Positions 20,026-32,100 are shown, numbered from the stretch's first letter. The stretch is DNA of 64,000 nucleotides from Nitrospirota bacterium (GCA_963818475.1 CAWFSF010000006.1:1440001-1504000); one strand, 5' to 3'. Numbers and translations are program-made. The notes: generated by a model from the sequence alone, not told the origin.

Positions 20026-23000
20026 ATGCAGCTCAAAGCCCTTGAAATGATCGGGTTTAAGTCCTTCTCAGACAAGACGACCGTAACGTTTCAGCCGGGC
20101 GTAACGGCCGTGGTCGGGCCCAACGGCTGCGGCAAGAGCAACATCTCCGACGCCATCCGCTGGGTGCTGGGCGAACAAAGCGCAAAGCATCTCCGCGGCG
20201 ACAAGATGGAAGATGTGATCTTCAACGGGAGCGAGAGCCGCAAACCCATGGGCATGGCCGAGGTCACGCTCAGGCTCTCGAACGTCGAAGGGCATCCTCT
20301 CCAACGAGTTCAACGGCTTCACGGAGCTCGAGATCACGCGCCGTCTGTACCGTTCCGGCGAGAGCGAATACCTGGTCAACAAGATCCCCTGCCGCCTCAA
20401 GGACATCCGCGACCTCATGATGGACGCCGGCGTGGGAGCCAAGACTCCATGCGATCATCGAACAGGACCGGGTGAAAAAGATCATCTATTCAAAACCCGA
20501 GGACCGGCGGTTCCTGTTCGAGGAAGTGGCCGGCGTCATGAAATACAAGGCCCGCCGCCAGGAAGCCTTCTCCAAACTGGAGTCGACCCAGCAGAACCAG
20601 CTCCGGGTGAACGACATCATCATTGAGGTGAAGCGCCAGGTCAACTCGCTCGACCGGCAGGCCAAAAAGGCCGAGCGCTACCAGAAGCTCCGGGCCGAGA
20701 TGAAGGACCTCGACTTGCGGCTTGCCTCCGTGGACTACTCGAACCTCGGCATCGACTGGACGGCATCGTCGGAAGAGTTCAAGAACGTCGAGGACGAGGT
20801 GACGAAACTGCATGCCGCGCTGAGCACGATCGAGGCCAGGCATCGAAGAGACGCGCGCCGATACCCTGGCAGCGGAGCACGAGCTCTCGTCGCTCCAGCA
20901 CAAGATCCACGAGACCGAGACCGCCCTCAGCCGTGCCGAGCATCGGGTGGAGCTGTCGAAGAGCCAGATCGCAGCGCTGAGCGCACAGCGCAGCCGCGAC
21001 TTCGCCGACCTTGAGTACCTGAAACAGGAAACAGCACGGACAGCAGAACAGCGAACGCAGCAGGAGGAGGAATCACGGGTCCTTTTCACGTCGATCGAGG
21101 AGCAGAACGTTGTTCTCGGCAGCAGGAACACGATCCTCGAATCGCTTACCCTGGCGCTGAAGGAGAAGGAAAACTCCCTCGATGAGGCCCGCACCGGCAT
21201 CTTCAATGCCATGACCGCGTCAGCAGCGGAAAAGAACCGCATCGGCAACCTTGAGTCGCGGATCCACCAGATCGACGAACAGGAAGAGCGGGGCAGCAGA
21301 GAGCAGGCGAGCTGACGCAAAAGCTCCAGGAGCTTACGACGCGCCTCGTGAAAAGGAACGGGAGCTTGAGGAGATCGCGGCGCGCCGGAGCGCGGCCCAG
21401 GACGAGCACGCGCGCGTCACGGCCCGGCTGGAAGAGTCGCTGGCAAAGAAGAAAAGCGCTCGAAACCGAGCTCGGCAATACGCGCAACACGCTTGCCGGC
21501 CAGAGCTCGCGCCTGCGTTCCCTGCTCGAACTGGAACAGCGCCTGGAGGGCTACCAGAAAGGCGTCCAGACCGTCATGTCGGCGCGCAAGGAAGCCGCCT
21601 CAAGCGACCGGCTCGGCACCATCCACGGGATCGTCGCGGACATGATCGAGACGGAGCCGCGGTACGAAATGGCCATCGAGGCGGTGCTGGGCGACCGGCT
21701 GCAGTCCGTGGTCGTCGATTCGCAGAACGATTCGCTCAAGGCCATCAACTATCTCAAAAGCGAGAGCGGCGGCAGAAGCACCTTCCTCCCCCGCATGCCG
21801 CGCGAGATCAGATCAGAACCGTTCATCAAGAACGGCCATGCCGGCGTCATCGGTTCGGCCCTCAGCGTCGTGCGCTATCAGGACGACAACCGCAACGTGG
21901 CCCAGTACCTGCTGGGCGACGTCGTGGTCGTGGACACCATGGACACGGCGCTCTACCTCTGGAACAAGAACGGTTTCAGCAAGACCGTCGTGACCCTGGC
22001 CGGGAGAGATCGTCGATCCCTGGGGCGCCGTCACCGGCGGCGCCGTCGATGCCGGCGGATCCGGCATGCTCACCAAGCGGCGCGAGATCAAGGACCTGGA
22101 GCAGGAGGTCACGGCGCTCAAGTCACAGATTGCAGCACTCGAGACCGAACTGACGGCCGTGGAAGCCTCGATCGGGGCGGATACAAGGACCTCGGCGGAG
22201 CTCTCGCAGCAGGTCCATCGCATGGAGATCGAGCTGGTGAACCGGGAGAAGGATTGCACCGCGATCCGGGAGGAGATGCGGGCGGTCCACCGCCCGGGCG
22301 GCCACCCTGGGAGCAGAAGCCTCGGAACGCGCCTCGCTTCGCGCCGAGCTGGCAACCGGCGATCGAACAGGCCGCGGCAACGCTCCGGGAGCTCGAAGCC
22401 GGCCATGCCAGCGCCCAGGCGAGCATCGAGTCGCTGCAGGCAGAGCTGTCGCTCAAGCGGGAAGAGCTGGAAGCGGCGCGCGTCGAGATCACCGAAATTA
22501 AGATGGAGGTCACGGCGCTTCAGGAAAAGCAGGCGGCCGCCACCCGCAGCATCGCTGCCCTGACACAGATGTCCCTGGAATTTGCCGACCGGTTTGCCAA
22601 ACGCGAGGCCGAGATCACCGACATTGCGGCCACACTGACCGATCTGGAAGCATCCATCGCAGGAGCCGAGGACGAGATCAAGGGCTTCATCGAAACGCTC
22701 GAAGCCGAACGCCGGGTCCTGCTGACCAGGCAGGAAGCCCATGCAGCAGTAACGTCCTCCCTCCATGCCGCCGAAGAGCAGGCGCGGCAGGTCCGGCATG
22801 ATATCGAGACGGCGCAGAAGCGGCTTTCGGCGAACGAGGTCAGGCGCACCGAGCTCCGCATGAAGATCGAGCATCTGAAGGACTCGATCTGGACCATCGT
22901 ACCACAGCGAACTTGAGGCGGTCGTCCAGGAGCTGGGCCAGTTCGAGATCAATGTCGACGAAGCGAGGCTCCAGGTCGACGAACTGCGCCAGAAGATCGA

Positions 23001-23613
23001 CCAGATGGGTCCGATCAATGTGGACGCTCTCCAGGAATTCAACGAGCTCAAGGAGCGCTACGACCTGCAGACGGCCCAGCAGAACGACATCAACGAGTCG
23101 ATCAACAACCTCAAGGCGACCATCGCCAAGCTCGACGTCGAGACCAAGGAGCTCTTTAGCGAGGCCTTCAACGCGATCCAGGAGAAGTTCAGCGAGGTCT
23201 TCACCCTGCTCTTCGAGGGCGGCAAAGCAGAGCTGGTGCTGCTCGACCGAGCGAACGTCCTCGAGTCCGGCATCGAGATCATCGCCCAGCCCCGCGGCAA
23301 GAAGTTCCAGAGCATCACGCTGCTGTCGGGCGGCGAAAAGGCGCTCACGGCCATTGCCCTGCTCTTCGCGGCGTTCCTGGTGAAACCCAGCCCCTTCTGC
23401 CTGCTCGACGAGGCCGACGCTCCGCTGGACGAGGCCAATGTCATGCGTTTCACCCGTCTTATCCGCGAGATGAGCGGCCACTCCCAGTTCATCACGATCA
23501 CGCACAAAACGGGCACCATGGAGATGGCCGATGCGCTGTACGGGATCACGATGGACGAACCGGGCTGTTCCCGCGTGGTTTCCGTCAGGCTCCGCGAACC
23601 ATCCCTGGTATGA
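20026..23613 (+). CDS. smc: Chromosome segregation protein SMC (multiple frameshifts)
   Basis: [16 protein letters not shown], hinge ([22 protein letters not shown]), [20 protein letters not shown]. Confidence 0.95.
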
Positions 23614-23770
23614 CCGTTCATGCTCTCGCTACGGTCACCGGGTCCTGAGGGTGTGGCGCTGGGTTTTGTCTTGGAATCGAAAGAGAAAATACAGCGGTAT
23701 GCTGGCGACTTCTAAACAGGATAATTTTCAGTTCATCGTGCTTCCGAACATCGAGTTCTGACTTTCACGG

Positions 23771-24919
23771 TCAATCAGCAGTACGGGCCCTCAGGATCTG
23801 ACCGCGCGTTAAACCGTCCACCGAGACCGTGCTCACCATGTACACCCCTGCAGGCGCACCGGGCATTGCTTCATTGCTGCCGGGAAGCCGGGTTTGAATA
23901 TCTGCGGCGGAAGAGCAGGACAGCGCCCGGACCTCTTCGCCCTCTTTGACCACGGTGATCTCGTCGGGCACATTCTTCTCATGACCCGGCAGGGTTTCTT
24001 CCCAATGCGCAAGCGCTTCCTGCAGCTGCCCATCAAGCGTTGTCCTGATCTTATCTCCGGCGCGGTACAACTTCTGTTCACCGACTACATCAAGCAGGAT
24101 CTGCTCCAGGACAGCCTGATAACAGGGCCTGCCTCCTGACGGCGCAGCTTTATCAGCCGTGCCTGAATTTTCCCTGAGCTTCAGCGTCGCTTCCATGGCG
24201 GCGGTAAACTCATCTGGAGTGATCAGCTTCGCCTGAAGCATGTTGGACAGGACCCGCTCCTGGCGAGCCCGTGCCCTGTGCTGCCGTTTGTAGGGATTAT
24301 AGTACTTCGGGTTCGGCAGCATTCCAGCAAGCAGCGCGGCCTCATCAACCGACAGCTCCGACGCGTGTTTATCAAAGTAAGAGCGGCTTGCAGCCTCGAC
24401 ACCGTAGATGCCGTCACCCCACTCGACCTCGTTGAGGTAGATCTCGAGGATCCGCCTTTTGCTGATTACTTCCTCCGCCCTGCGCGCGAGGACATACTCC
24501 CGGAGCTTGCGGGTGATGGTCTTCTCTTTGGAGAGGAGGACGTTCTTGATCATCTGCTGCGTGATGGTGCTGCCACCGCGCGCAAACCGCTTTTTCTGTG
24601 CATCATGGACAAGAGCATCCCAGGTGGCTTTATAATTGACCCCTTTATGTTCAAAAAAAGTATCATCCTCTGCGGTCACGACCGCCTGGATAAGGATGTC
24701 AGGGAGGCTGGAAAGCGGAACCCATAACCTGAACTTGCGGTCATAGTACTGGGTCAGGACGCGGCCCTCCCGGTCGAGCACTTCGGAGGCCGCCGCAGGA
24801 CGATAGTGTTTGAGGACCGACACATCAGGCAGGTCGGACAGGGCCAGAACAACCCAGAGAACGGCAGCGATCACAACCACGGTAACGAGGCCAAGCCCGG
24901 CAAAAAAAAACTTCTTCAT
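23771..24919 (-). CDS. Peptidoglycan transglycosylase (GT51) without transpeptidase domain
   Basis: AEDDTFFEHKG, GGSTITQQ, RKLRE, ILEIYLN. N-terminal TM. Confidence 0.88.
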   Translation of the reverse strand: MKKFFFAGLGLVTVVVIAAVLWVVLALSDLPDVSVLKHYRPAAASEVLDREGRVLTQYYDRKFRLWVPLSSLPDILIQAVVTAEDDTFFEHKGVNYKATWDALVHDAQKKRFARGGSTITQQMIKNVLLSKEKTITRKLREYVLARRAEEVISKRRILEIYLNEVEWGDGIYGVEAASRSYFDKHASELSVDEAALLAGMLPNPKYYNPYKRQHRARARQERVLSNMLQAKLITPDEFTAAMEATLKLRENSGTADKAAPSGGRPCYQAVLEQILLDVVGEQKLYRAGDKIRTTLDGQLQEALAHWEETLPGHEKNVPDEITVVKEGEEVRALSCSSAADIQTRLPGSNEAMPGAPAGVYMVSTVSVDGLTRGQILRARTAD

Positions 24920-25022
24920 GATACGGTTATTTCTCCTCATCCCGGGGTCAGGTGGACGGTTCTCCTCCTGCTGCGCAACGGCAGGACTGCATTTGACATA
25001 CACGGCGCCGGACGTCAGGCCT

Positions 25023-25569
25023 CTACAGCAAGGACCGAACGGCTTCCACATTAGCGGGCACAGACCAGTCCATGGGCCCGATGATCTTGTGCCGGACCAT
25101 GCCGTCACGTCCGACAATATAAGTCTCGGGGAATTTCAATGTGCCGTAGCTGCCGGCTGTCTTGCGGCTTGTATCATGCAGCACCGGAAAATGGACCTTG
25201 TTCTTATCCAGGAACGCCCTCAGCACATCAGCGCTATCATCAACACTTATGGCGAGGACCTCGATATCAGCACCGAAAACCTGTTGATAGAAGCGTTCGA
25301 GGGTCGGTATCTCTTCCACACAGGGCGGGCACCAGGTGGCCCAGAAGTGCACCAGGACCACCTTGCCGCGGTAATCGGCAAGGCTTACCGTCTTGCCGTC
25401 AACCGACTGCAAGCCGGACCTCAGGCGCACGGTCCCCTACGCCAATGATCTTGTGCTCTGCATTCCTGGTGCAGGAAAATACGAACATACCCATGCCGAG
25501 AGCGACCAGGACAAGAACCATGGGGACCGACATTTTATTTTTTATGTTGCCAACAACGTGCCTGTTCAA
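25023..25569 (-). CDS. TlpA/ResA-like thiol-disulfide oxidoreductase (frameshift near 25425)
   Basis: HFWATWCPPC, FPETYIV. N-terminal lipoprotein-like segment in the adjacent frame. TTGATG-17 bp-TATAAT promoter at 25616-25644. Confidence 0.85.
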
Positions 25570-25831
25570 TAGAACCTCCCTGAGTAACACGCAGTTTCAG
25601 ATGAAATAGGGGTAAATTATACCCCTCCCGCCTCTCAGCATCAAGCGAAAATTGGCTTGCTGACTCCTGGAAACCTGAAAGTCACAGCCGCTCGGGATAG
25701 TGGTCGCCGACAGCTAACCTGAGAGAACGGCTCAAATTCAGATTTTAAAAAATCTCTTGCGTCAAACGATAAATTGCTATAGTATTTTAAAGCGGTTAAG
25801 ATAATTCTTCGGGCTCAGGGAGGAAAGTGCC

Positions 25832-26266
25832 ATGCAGGAAGTGGTAAATGTTTCGAGTGTTGAGAACCTTGACCAGCTCACGTCCTATATCGATGCGCAT
25901 TTCGCCAAAAACAAATATGCTGAGATCACCCAGGCCATCGGCATATACTCGCTGCTTATAGACTCCGAACACACGATCAGCGACCAGCGCAGGTTCTACC
26001 GCCAGGTGCTGAACCTTTTGAAGGACCGGATCAAGACAAGGCTCGGCAAAAGTTACGCTGCCTGGTATGCGGCCTTCCCCACGCTCGCGAACGAAGCTTC
26101 GAAGCTTGCAGGCACGGACAAGACCGCGGCAGATGTGATCGATTCCCGCCTGCATGGCTACGGACTCTTCAAGTCAGTGGATGATTTTTTCTTCTGGGCG
26201 CTCGATGACCGGCGGCTGACCCTGGACCGAATCGTGAACATGATCGAAAAGACCGTTCAGGCTTAA
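25832..26266 (+). CDS. Hypothetical protein (144 aa)
   Basis: GGAGG RBS, own extended -10 (TGCTATAGT) and downstream terminator. No motif recognised. Confidence 0.7.
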   Translation: MQEVVNVSSVENLDQLTSYIDAHFAKNKYAEITQAIGIYSLLIDSEHTISDQRRFYRQVLNLLKDRIKTRLGKSYAAWYAAFPTLANEASKLAGTDKTAADVIDSRLHGYGLFKSVDDFFFWALDDRRLTLDRIVNMIEKTVQA

Positions 26267-26271
26267 TAAAT

Positions 26272-26304
26272 AAAAGCTGCAATGGTCGAACCATTGCAGC
26301 TTTT
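26272..26304. terminator. Bidirectional terminator
   Basis: AAAAGCTGCAATGG-TCGAA-CCATTGCAGCTTTT. Confidence 0.8.
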
Positions 26305-26328
26305 GCCCGGACCGGGCCGCCTCTCCCG

Positions 26329-27358
26329 TTAAAGCGGGACCTTCCTCATAACGTCATCTACCGAGATCATCCCCATACACCGGATGTCGTCATTACATTT
26401 CCTTTTAAAGCACGGCGAGCACTCGAGTTCTGCACGAACAACGATGTGGGACGGCCCGTAGGGCCCGGTCCTCCAGGGAGCGGTCGGCCCGAACAGGGCC
26501 AGGACCTTCGCATTGGCAGCCGCAGCCAGATGCATGGGACCGGTGTCTGTTGTCACGAACAGGTCCGCCAGTGATGCCAGTGCCGCAAGTTCTTTGAGCG
26601 TCGTTTCCCCTGCCCAATTCACGGCATGCTGGTTCATCATGTTCAGGATCCGGGTCACGGTGGCATGGTCCGCCCTGCTCCCGGTAAAAATGATCGTCGC
26701 CTGTTTTTCAGCAATAAGACGGTCCGCAAGCACTGCGAAGTTCTGCTCGGGCCAGAGCTTGGTCTCCCAGCGGGCCACCGGGTTCATAATGATCAGCGGT
26801 TTGCGCTTAAGGCCGGCATCGGACAAGCCGCTGGTCGATCACCGACCGTTCCTTCCGATCGGAAGCGTGCAGGAAGAAGAAACTTCTCGCGCTCCCAGAT
26901 AGCGGGCAACATCAAGGTACCGTTCCAGCGCGTGTTTGTTCTTGTCGTAGGCAGGCAGGCGTTCGTTCAGAAACCAGGATGAAAGTTCACGAGAGCCGCC
27001 GAAACCTATCTTCCGGTCGGCATCGCGCCAATCCGACCAGGATCCCGCTCTTAAAGAGCCCCTGAAGATCAATGGCAATATCGTACCTGGTCGCGCGCAG
27101 TGCCCGGAGAAAAGCAGCGATCTTCAAGAACCCCTCTCGAAAGGTGCGCGGGTGTCCGAGCATCCGGATCCATGATTTCCTGCCTGAGACAAGCACGGTA
27201 TCGATCTGCGGATGACCTTCGAGGATGCCGGCAGCAGCCTCTTCAACGACCCAGGTGACGCTGCTCGCCGGAAAGGTGCTTTTGATGGCTTCAAGCGCGG
27301 GCAAGGCCTGGACCACATCGCCGATTGCCGAAAGTTTTATGATCAGGATCTTCTTCAT
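26329..27358 (-). CDS. LPS heptosyltransferase, GT9 family (WaaC/WaaF-like; frameshifted)
   Basis: KILIIKLSAIGDVV, DLQGLFKS, HALER, DTGPMHLAAA, LFGPT. Confidence 0.88.
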
Positions 27359-27440
27359 AGGGGCATGACCGTGGCCATCATAATCCATCACACCGGTTCA
27401 GTCAACTTGTTCTTTTTTCCGCAATATGGTACAAATCTCC

Positions 27441-27968
27441 ATGCAGAAATCTCTGATGCTGCTGCTCGTCGTGCTCATGACTGCCTGCAGTTTTGCCAGA
27501 AATGCAGTATGGCAGAACGATGGGACGCTCTGGCTTGATGTCGCCATAAATGCCCCGAATAAACCACGGGGTTATAATGAGATCGGCCTTTTCTACATCG
27601 GCCGGCACGAATACCAAAAGGCCTTCGAACCGCTGCAGCGGTCACTGCAACTCGACCCCTACCAGCCTACCATATACCTCAACCTTGGTTTAGCCTATGA
27701 AGGAGTGGGGCTTCCAGACAAGGCGATGGATATCTACCAGCAGGCCATCTCCATGGACCCGAACGACCCCACGGCCTATTATAATCTCGGGCTTCTCTAT
27801 TACAATACCAGGAACGACCGGGCGCGAGCGCTGGAGTTGATGCTCCAGGCGCGGGACCGGAACCCTTTCGAACCGGACGTACACAACATCTTAGCACGGA
27901 TCTATCAGGATATGGGCCGCATGGATCTGGCGCGGGATGAGCTCAGACAATATGAACAACTGAAGTGA
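27441..27968 (+). CDS. TPR-repeat protein
   Basis: RN.VWQND.TLW motif followed by TPR repeats. Confidence 0.75.
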   Translation: MQKSLMLLLVVLMTACSFARNAVWQNDGTLWLDVAINAPNKPRGYNEIGLFYIGRHEYQKAFEPLQRSLQLDPYQPTIYLNLGLAYEGVGLPDKAMDIYQQAISMDPNDPTAYYNLGLLYYNTRNDRARALELMLQARDRNPFEPDVHNILARIYQDMGRMDLARDELRQYEQLK

Positions 27969-27977
27969 TGGCGTTGG

Positions 27978-29162
27978 TCATGGTTCAGGAGTGGCGCGGA
28001 TCGTGTTCAGGATCACCTTCTGACGGTAGGTAAGCAACTGCAGCGTGCCTTCTTCCTTTTTAGTTCGCTTCGCTATGGCGGACAATTTTACGATTTCGCG
28101 TGAAAGGCTGACCGGACGGGCGACCATGCTTGCGCCGACCTTTTCGCGAAAAGACCAGATCGGCTGAAATGCAGACCGAACGATGGTCGTCTTTCCCTGC
28201 TCCTTTTCCGCATAGATCATAAGGATAACCCCATCTCCCCGCAGCGCCCTGGCATTCGTTTTATTCTTTAAAGACACCCCGTAGTTCTGGCTTGAGATAA
28301 AGTTTCCCAGACTGTAGGCAATGACCGTTCGCCTTCCGTCCTTTGCCGTATAGGATTCTATGGGCTGCAGCACATGCGGATGATGCCCAAGAATGATGTC
28401 AGCGCCAGCCTCAACCAGTTCAATAGCCGCCTGCTTTTGCCATGCGGTAGGCACGCTTTTGTATTCATCCCCCCAGTGGAGCGACACCACAACGAGGTCG
28501 GCATGTGTCCGCGCCTCTTTTACCTGAATGATCGCAGCAGCCAGGTCTTCCCGCGAGCCGGACCGGAGGATATTCACCGCAGGCGAGCCCTTCCGCTTTT
28601 TCGGCAAACCGCGATTCGTGCCGTAGGTGTATGCAAGAAAGGCGGTCATCACACCCTGCGAGCTCAGATAGACGGGTGCAAGCGACTCAACCCTGGCCTT
28701 GCCGGCGCCAACGACCGCGAGCCCTGCTGCCCCGATGTTCTGAAGAGTGCGCAGAAGACCATCCGCGCCGGCGTCCCGTGCGTGATTATTGGCAAGTGAA
28801 ACGATGTCGACCCCGGCTTTTTTTAGAGCGGACAGAAGCTCCGGCCGTGCATTGAAGGCCGGGTATCCGGCAACAGCCGCGGTGTGATCGACCGGCGTCT
28901 CCAGGTTTGCAAAGGTGATATCGGCGGCGCCAAGGTCCGGCGCGATCTTCTCGAACAGAAGAGCGTAGTTGTAATTGTCCTTAGCCACGGCCTTTTGAAG
29001 TGAACCGGGCATCATGACATCTCCCAAGGCTGCGATCACTATGCTCGTCTTCCCGTTGGGCCCCGCTCCAGAGGTTGTACCGACAGTACGCACCTCACCA
29101 ATCGATACCATCGGGGCAAGTATCAGAAAAAGAACTATTGCTGAGAATTTGAGTCGCAACAT
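27978..29162 (-). CDS. CapA family metallophosphoesterase (PGA_cap)
   Basis: GDVM, NLETP, SLANNH..D, SLHWG, GHHPHV, YSLGNF. Confidence 0.9.
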   Translation of the reverse strand: MLRLKFSAIVLFLILAPMVSIGEVRTVGTTSGAGPNGKTSIVIAALGDVMMPGSLQKAVAKDNYNYALLFEKIAPDLGAADITFANLETPVDHTAAVAGYPAFNARPELLSALKKAGVDIVSLANNHARDAGADGLLRTLQNIGAAGLAVVGAGKARVESLAPVYLSSQGVMTAFLAYTYGTNRGLPKKRKGSPAVNILRSGSREDLAAAIIQVKEARTHADLVVVSLHWGDEYKSVPTAWQKQAAIELVEAGADIILGHHPHVLQPIESYTAKDGRRTVIAYSLGNFISSQNYGVSLKNKTNARALRGDGVILMIYAEKEQGKTTIVRSAFQPIWSFREKVGASMVARPVSLSREIVKLSAIAKRTKKEEGTLQLLTYRQKVILNTIRATPEP

Positions 29163-29184
29163 GAGCGCCATTCTAACCATTAGC

Positions 29185-30581
29185 TGACAAGTTTCAGGAC
29201 ATCGGTTACCCGGATATGTCAAGACATCGGTTACCCGAAATCCATTTAAATTAGGATGTCAGTTTCCTTAATGCTGTTTGATGCTATCATGCTCTCCTAA
29301 TCTGAATCAAGAAGGAGAGCCTCTATGGAAGAAGAACTCAGACAGGCAGCTATTAGCCGACACATCCAGGGAGGCGAATCGCCAAAGGATGTTTATACCA
29401 GCCTGAACCGATCCAAAAAGTGGTTCTTCAAATGGCTGATACGATATCGAACCGGCGGACCCGACTGGTACAAAGAGCAATCTCGCGCTCCCAAAACAAA
29501 GCCCTCAGAAATCGACGAGAAGTCGAAAGAGCGTATTCTTTCGACCAGACAAAACTTGGTGGATGCCCCTTATGCCCAAATTGGAGTTTCCTCCATAAAA
29601 TGGGAGCTTAAGAAGCAAGGGTTGCCGTTTCCCTCGGACAGCACGATAAACCGGGTGTTGAAACGCGAAGGGCTCGTTAAAAAAAACAGCTTATGCGCCC
29701 AAAGGGGTCGAATACCCGTACTTCACCGAAGCCTTGGGATGCAACAACATCCACCAGATGGACCTGGTGGGGCCGCGCTACATTAAAGATGACGGCAGAT
29801 TCTATGCGCTGAATGTCATTGATCTGTTCAGCCATGAAGTCTACACCGAGGCTCAAAGAACGAAACAGGATTCCCACGTCTGCCAAGGCCTTTTGCGCTG
29901 TTGGAAGACCGTGGGCATCCCTGATTACCTGCAGATGGACAACGCGCTGAACTTCCGGGGCAGCAACCGGCATCCCAGGTCCATGGGGATGGTCATACGG
30001 CTTTGTCTGAGTTACGGTGTCCATCCGGTATTCATCCCGATCGGAGAACCATGGCGTAACGGCGTTGTGGAACGTTTCAATGACACCTACGACAAACGGT
30101 TCTTTCGTCGGCAATGGTTCTCAAGCTATGCTGTGCTGAAACAGCAGAACAAGAATTTTCAACGGTTTCACAACAAGCATCACCGATACAGCTGCCTCAA
30201 AGGGAAAACGGCTCATGAAATGAAACTGGCCCACGGCTTTGCGCCAATAACCGTGAGGTCGAATAGCAAGATGCCGGATCTTAGCTTCATCCCGGATGGA
30301 AATGTATCTCTCGTACGGTTCATCCGGAGCAATCGGCAGCTTGATATCTTTGGAGAACGTTTCGAGGTATCAAGAGACCTCATATACTCTTATGTCAGGG
30401 CACAGATTGTAACGAATCTACATGCTGTGCAGCTCTATCTAGGAAATGACATCGTCGATACTTTTGAGTACCTAATGCCGGACGATTTACTACCAGTTGA
30501 GCAAACTATCAGACTCGGGTAACCGATGTCTTGATATATGGGACCATTAGAATCGGGTAACCGATGTCCTGACATTTGACA
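29185..30581 (+). mobile_element. IS481-like insertion sequence, 1397 bp
   Basis: 28-bp TIRs matching at 25/28 positions (TGACAAGTTTCAGGACATCGGTTACCCG versus TGTCAAATGTCAGGACATCGGTTACCCG). Internal repeats of GACATCGGTTACCCG. 6-bp target duplication ATTAGC at 29179-29184 and 30582-30587. Confidence 0.9.
29325..30522 (+). CDS. DDE transposase (HTH plus integrase core), split at an A8 run
   Basis: N-terminal HTH in ORF 29325-29786. HQMD, QMDN and NGVVERFN in ORF 29734-30522. Confidence 0.88.
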
Positions 30582-30608
30582 ATTAGCGTAACACGATTCA
30601 AGATAAAT

Positions 30609-30641
30609 AAAAAAAAGGGCGGCCATGAACGGCCACCCTTT
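30609..30641 (-). terminator. Terminator of the FadL-like gene
   Basis: AAAGGGCGGCC-loop-GGCCACCCTTT with an A tract. Confidence 0.7.
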
Positions 30642-30673
30642 ATAGATACTTTTCCTTTTCGTGCAAACCGGAG

Positions 30674-31999
30674 TTAGAACCGGTAGCTGTACATGACCTG
30701 CGCATTGGTTTGATTGTGGGTTGAAGTCACGCCTGACGCTGCAGTCTGCCTCACTTCTGGAGCATAGGTGAACGACGCATCCACCGTCGAGACCTCGCTG
30801 ATCATATAGCCCGCGCCCACCGTCACATGGGTTTTCTCGATGGCCGGGAACAGATAGTTCAGATAGGTATCGGGAATTGGGTTGTTCGCATAGTTCAACC
30901 CGGCCCGCACTGTCCATTCTGAGTTCACCTTATAGCCAATTCCGATCTCGTACACAGTCTGGTCATCCCAATTCTGCGGTAGTGCAAAGTCGACAGTCGA
31001 ACCAGCACCAGCATAGGTCATTTTAAAATCTTTCATGACGTCTTTCCAATTGATCTGTTTTATATCAAAGACAACCAGAACGTCTTTGTTGGTATTCCAC
31101 GCAACACCAACTGCGTAAGTCGCAGGCCACTGAAAATCACGTACTGTAATTTTACCGGGAATCGGACTGCCAGCGCCTTGTGCGCTTATTGTCGCTCCGG
31201 TATCGGAAGTTTCCAGATCGTTCAAACTCGTCTTTGAATGATAGGTAGCGCCCACGCTAAAATCTGAGTTGACCTTATAGGCTGCACCAATTTTCCCAGC
31301 AAAACCTTCGCCTTTTGCTGCACCGGTAAAATTGCCACCGCCTGTAAAATCGATGCGAGCCCAGTTGTTTGCAGGAAGGCCACCAAGTAGCCCCATCAAA
31401 GGACCACTAGAACCAGTCACGAGGCCACCCAACTGTGCGACAGTAGCTGCCATCTGCAGATCGAGGGAAGCCCACACATAATCGACACTGGCGCCGAGAC
31501 TGAAATCAGGAGTCACATTATAGGCAAAAGGGATAATGAGCCGCCCCACACCGAGTTCCGAACGGACTTTATCGCCCGAGTTCATGGCCAGGAATGAATT
31601 CGCATCATACTCCGTGCCCATACCGCCTTGCGAGAAGACACCGATACCGTACGCATAGGGTCCCGATCTTTGAATCCATCCAAGTGCCGGCATAAAAAAA
31701 GCGTTAGCAGATGATTTTGCATCAGGCGCACCCGGTGCTGAAGCGGTTACATGAGGCCCCAGGTAACCAAGCGCAACATCCAGGCGGTTTCCCTCGGGCA
31801 TAAGACCGAGCGTTGCAGGGTTGTTCATCACAGCCGCTGCACCGTTGTCATAAGCCATGGACGCGCCGCCCATGCCGGTCGCGATCGGACCGTAGCCTTC
31901 GAGATTCATGCCATTCGTTGCATAGGCCGACGGCATCAAAACCACAGACATGACGACAAATACCAGAACAGATCCAAACTTCAGCAACCGCTTGTCCAT
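30674..31999 (-). CDS. FadL/TodX/OmpP1-family outer membrane transporter
   Basis: Signal peptide, GMGGA..A, NNPA, beta-strand pattern and C-terminal YRF. Confidence 0.9.
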   Translation of the reverse strand: MDKRLLKFGSVLVFVVMSVVLMPSAYATNGMNLEGYGPIATGMGGASMAYDNGAAAVMNNPATLGLMPEGNRLDVALGYLGPHVTASAPGAPDAKSSANAFFMPALGWIQRSGPYAYGIGVFSQGGMGTEYDANSFLAMNSGDKVRSELGVGRLIIPFAYNVTPDFSLGASVDYVWASLDLQMAATVAQLGGLVTGSSGPLMGLLGGLPANNWARIDFTGGGNFTGAAKGEGFAGKIGAAYKVNSDFSVGATYHSKTSLNDLETSDTGATISAQGAGSPIPGKITVRDFQWPATYAVGVAWNTNKDVLVVFDIKQINWKDVMKDFKMTYAGAGSTVDFALPQNWDDQTVYEIGIGYKVNSEWTVRAGLNYANNPIPDTYLNYLFPAIEKTHVTVGAGYMISEVSTVDASFTYAPEVRQTAASGVTSTHNQTNAQVMYSYRF

Positions 32000-32071
32000 A
32001 GTTCCCCCCTTAGAGAAGTGCAGAATCAGTCAAACAGGAAAGGTATGTTTCTTTACCGGAAGCAGGTATTG

Positions 32072-32100
32072 AGTATTTCATACATAGGCAACAATGTCAA
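32072..32100 (-). promoter_or_regulatory. Putative sigma70 promoter of the FadL-like gene
   Basis: Minus strand TTGACA-17 bp-AATACT with TG. Confidence 0.45.

Noticed and set aside
29195-30575. Repeated GACATCGGTTACCCG as a CRISPR array
   Set aside because: These are subterminal transposase-binding repeats of the IS, inverted at the two ends, with no spacer array.
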